Source: Squalus acanthias
Lineage: Eukaryota
DNA: 64,000 nucleotides
Direction of reading: 5' to 3'
Assembly (NCBI GenBank): GCA_030390025.1
Contig: CM059432.1
Span: forward strand, 51,586,001 to 51,650,000
The notes under the pieces: model-generated
Told to the model about the DNA's origin: nothing
The model's database searches: none
The model's input: the letters and a program-made list of their open reading frames with translations, nothing else
Part shown: positions 60,530 to 64,000 of the stretch, one piece after another
Layout: each line of letters opens with the position of its first letter
Position numbering within the stretch: the first letter of the stretch is position 1
Position numbers and translations under genes: made by a program

Positions 60530-62868
60530 GCCATTCACTTCTATTTCCACTTTTTTCTCCCCCTTTTTCCTTTTCTCTCTATCGCTCCCTGACTGCTCTT
60601 TCTTGTCGTCATGCCTCCTTTCATCTCTCCTCTCGGATACTCTGCCCTCCCAAATCCCTATCCCAATCCTTCATTACTCTTTGACCTTCTTACTCTCCTG
60701 CCGCCGTCCCAGGCTTGACTCCCTCTTAGAGAAGCCTACAGCTTCCCTCTGTGCCTCTCTTGGCATCCTACAAAGGGCCCATCGAGGCACTCGTCGCTGC
60801 CTCCTCATGAGCAGCAACCTCAACTGTCCCATCCTACTCTTTCGCCGACCTTCCCGCCTAGCATGCCCGTTGGGGGCTAATCTTGCCAATCACCTCCCGG
60901 TCCAACTCACCCCTCCCAGCACTGACCCTGTGGATGCTGGCAGTGGGTCAGCCATCACCGACCCTCTCCGCGTCTCCCTCCAGAATGTCCGTTCACTTGC
61001 GAACAAGGCCCTTGCCATCCATGAGCTTATCGTAGATGATTGCATTGACATCATGGCCCTGACGGAAACCTGGCTGAGGGGTGATGACTCCTTACTCTTA
61101 AATGAAGCCTCCCCGCCTGACTATAACTTCCACCACTTGCCTCACTCAGACCGCCGTGGTGGCGGTGTGGCTCTCATCACCAAATCACACCTTGGTCTGT
61201 CCCCCTATTCCTCCGGCACTTTCTCCTCCCTTGAGCATCTCACCTTATTCCACCCCTCTCACCTCTCATTTAAGATTCTCATTCTCTACCGCCCACTCAA
61301 GTACCATAAAAATGTTATTACCAAGATAGCTTCACTGCTTTCCTCCCTCAGCCTCTGCACCGAGCGACGTCTCATCCTCGGTGATTTCAACCTCCATCTC
61401 AATTCATCATGCTCTCTCTCCTCTGAGTTCACTACCCTCCTATCCTCCCATAATCTCTCACTCCATGTAAATGCCCCACGGCCACCCCCTCGACCTTGCC
61501 ATCTCTCATGGCCTCGCAACTCCCATCGTGTCAATCGCAGATAAGGCCATCTCTGACCACTTCCTCATATCGTTCTCCACCCACATCCTCTTTCCCCACA
61601 ATAACTCTACTTCCTTCTGTGTCCGTCCTTGGAAAAAACTCTCTCCCAACTCTCTTACAACTGCACTCACGAAATCTCAACTGTCCAGCCTTTGGCCCTC
61701 CATTCACCATGATATTTCTGTAGCTACCGATCTGCTCAACCACACCCTCACCACCACCTTTGATGCCCTAGTCCCTATTGAAACAATTACCCTCTCTCAC
61801 CCTGGCTGTTCCCCCTGGTACGGCCCTCATCTTCTCTCCCTTAAGTTCAAAGGATTCAGACTTGAACGGATATGGCGGACAACTGGTTTAGCCATTCACC
61901 GCCAGATCTGGCTGGACCACATAAAGCATTATCGGGTCCTGCTCTCGTCTGGCAAAACAGCTCACTATTCCAGAATCCTTCTGGAATGCAAAGATAAACC
62001 TCAGCTTCTTTTCTCCACTGCTAGCTGTCTTCTTAAACCCCTCTCCCCTGTGTCCTCCACCCTCACCTCCGATAACAAGTGTGAGGAGCTCATGGGCGTC
62101 TCTAAGATTGAGACCATCCGTTCAGCTGCCTCTGCCACTTCCCTTCCTTCCCCTAGCCCACCGGGCCAAATTTCCTCTAAGGTTCCCCCCTGCCCTAGCC
62201 CTGAACTCACATCTTTCTCTAGTTTCTCTCCAATCTCCCCTCGAGACCTCTCCGCACTCATCTTGTCCATGAGATCCACTTCCTGTTCCCTCGACCCTAT
62301 TCCCACCAAACTGCTGACCACCCAACTTCATTTTCTGGCTCCCATGTTAGCTGACATTGTTAACAGTTCTCTCTCCTCAGGTTCTGTCCCCCCTCCCTCA
62401 AATCTGCCGTCATCACCCCTCTCCTCAAAAAAACAACCTTTGACCCCTCCGTCCTTGCAAACTACCACCCCATCTCCACCCTCCCTTTCCTCTCCAAAGT
62501 CCTTGAACGTGTTGTTGCCGCCCAAATCCGTGCCCATCTTTCTCGCAACTCCATCTTTGAATCCCTCCAATCAGGTCTCCGCCCTTGCCACAGTACCGAA
62601 ACGGCTCTCATCAAAGTCACAAATCACATCCTTTGTGACTGTGACAAAGGTAAACTATCCCTCCTTGTCCTTCTCGACTTGTCTGCAGCCTTTGACATGG
62701 TTGACCACTCCATCCTCCTCCAACGCCTCTTTGACCAAGCTTTTGGTCATCTGCCCTAATTTCTCCTTATGTGGCTCAAATTTTTGTCTTATATTACTCC
62801 TGTGAAGTGCCTTGGGACTACATTACTACATTAAAGGCGCTATGTACATTCAAGTTGTTGTTGTTGTT
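60530..62868 (+). mobile_element. L2 LINE (endonuclease + RT N-terminus) with a large internal deletion
   Basis: [45 protein letters not shown] joined at CCTCT (62726-62730) to the 3' tail; ends (TTG)n. Confidence 0.92.
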
Positions 62869-62883
62869 CCCCTTAAATACAAA

Positions 62884-63649
62884 GGGGGCAGAAATTCGGG
62901 TCTCCAGGGGTGAGTACGCGCTGTGTACTCACCCGTAGACCCAACGAAAGTGCCGGTTTCGCGCATGCACTGTGCATGCGCTGGAAACCGGAACTTCCGT
63001 TCCCTTGAAGGAAGGGGTTCGGAGGTCAAACGCGTGCGCTGGAGAGGCAGCACGCACGCATCGAACTTCCGCTTTTTTTTCAGGTTTCCCCGTGAGGGTA
63101 AGTCCCTGGCAGCTGCGTGGGGGAAAAGCAGGCGCAAGGCCTGCTTTTAACAAGGTAAGTGGTGAATTAAGTGAAATTTAAACATTTTTTCCACAGGTTT
63201 ATCTTTTTTAAATACTTTAAAGAAAGGTAAGTTTATTTTTAGCCCCGTTAAAAATTGTAATACATTTTTTCAAAAATTTAAATTTTTGTTTAAAATAGTT
63301 AATTTATGTAATTTATAGTTATTTTAAAACTGTGATTTTTTTAAAAAATGTATTTGAAGTTTTAGTTAGGTTTTGGGGCCGATCTCTATTCATAGATTTG
63401 ACAGGTCTTCCTGTCAAATCTATGAAAGGAGATTCCCTGCTCCGATTGGCTCTCCATGGCCCACGTGATCCCAGGGGACGCTTCGAACTAACTGCGCCCC
63501 CTGGGATACGCAAGCACTGCACACTGGCAGCTGGAGGAGGCCCAGGATCGGAATCCCACGTGGGCACACAGCACAACGGCAGGCGCACTAGGTAAGTGAA
63601 GGTTGGGGGCTTGCACCCGCGGGAAGCCTCCGACCCGAATTTCTGGCCC
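62884..63649. mobile_element. Harbinger-type MITE
   Basis: GGGGGCAGAAATTCGGGTC / GACCCGAATTTCTGGCCC; homologous to 47645-48041. Confidence 0.88.
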
Positions 63650-64000
63650 ATAAGAACAGAAGAACATAAGAAGTAGGAGCAGGAGTAGGCCATTTGGCCC
63701 CTTGATCCTGCTCCGCCATTCAATAAGATCATGGCTGATCTGAACATGGCCTCAACTCCACTTTCCTGCCCGCTCCCCATAACCCTTGACTCCCCTGTAG
63801 CTCAAAAATCTGTCTATTTCAGCCTTGAATATATTCAATGACCCAGCATCCACAGCTCTCTAGAGTAGAGAATTCCAATGATTCATGACCCTCTGAGAGA
63901 AGAAATTCCTCCTCATCTCCGTTTTAAATGGGCGACTCCTTATTTTGAAAATATGCCCCCTTGTTCTAGATTCCCCCACGAGGGGAAACATCCTCCCTGC
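63650..64000 (-). mobile_element. CR1 3' end, continuing beyond the window
   Basis: AAGAACATAAGAA tail and RRNFFSQRV..WNSL on the minus strand. Confidence 0.92.

Overview
Eukaryotic, repeat-saturated, non-genic DNA (intergenic or deep intronic). The repeat content (CR1 and L2 LINEs, Deu-domain tRNA-SINEs, Penelope-like ends, many PIF/Harbinger derivatives) points to a cartilaginous fish such as a shark; this is an inference. No host protein-coding exon is recognisable. Main elements are a near full-length Harbinger with convergent Myb/SANT-like and DDE transposase genes (8091-11681), a Harbinger that kept a spliced Myb/SANT gene but lost its transposase (27278-30438), a 5'-deleted Gypsy pol plus 3' LTR (49703-53161), a near-intact CR1 ORF2 (54298-57110), an internally deleted L2 (60530-62868) and about 15 MITEs, much of it in deep nests (24.5-34.7 kb, 46.9-57.4 kb). 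The most interesting hidden signal is on the minus strand at about 7.9-16.9 kb. After removing younger insertions, the leftover unique DNA reads in order as an integrase C-terminal GPY/F-like module, a signal peptide, a Cys/N-glycan-rich ectodomain, a decayed furin-site/fusion-peptide junction, a heptad-like helix and a TM anchor. This is a candidate ancient env-bearing retroelement or endogenous retrovirus that the ORF track does not show. All calls were made by eye, with no database search, and boundaries are approximate unless TIR/TSD are quoted.
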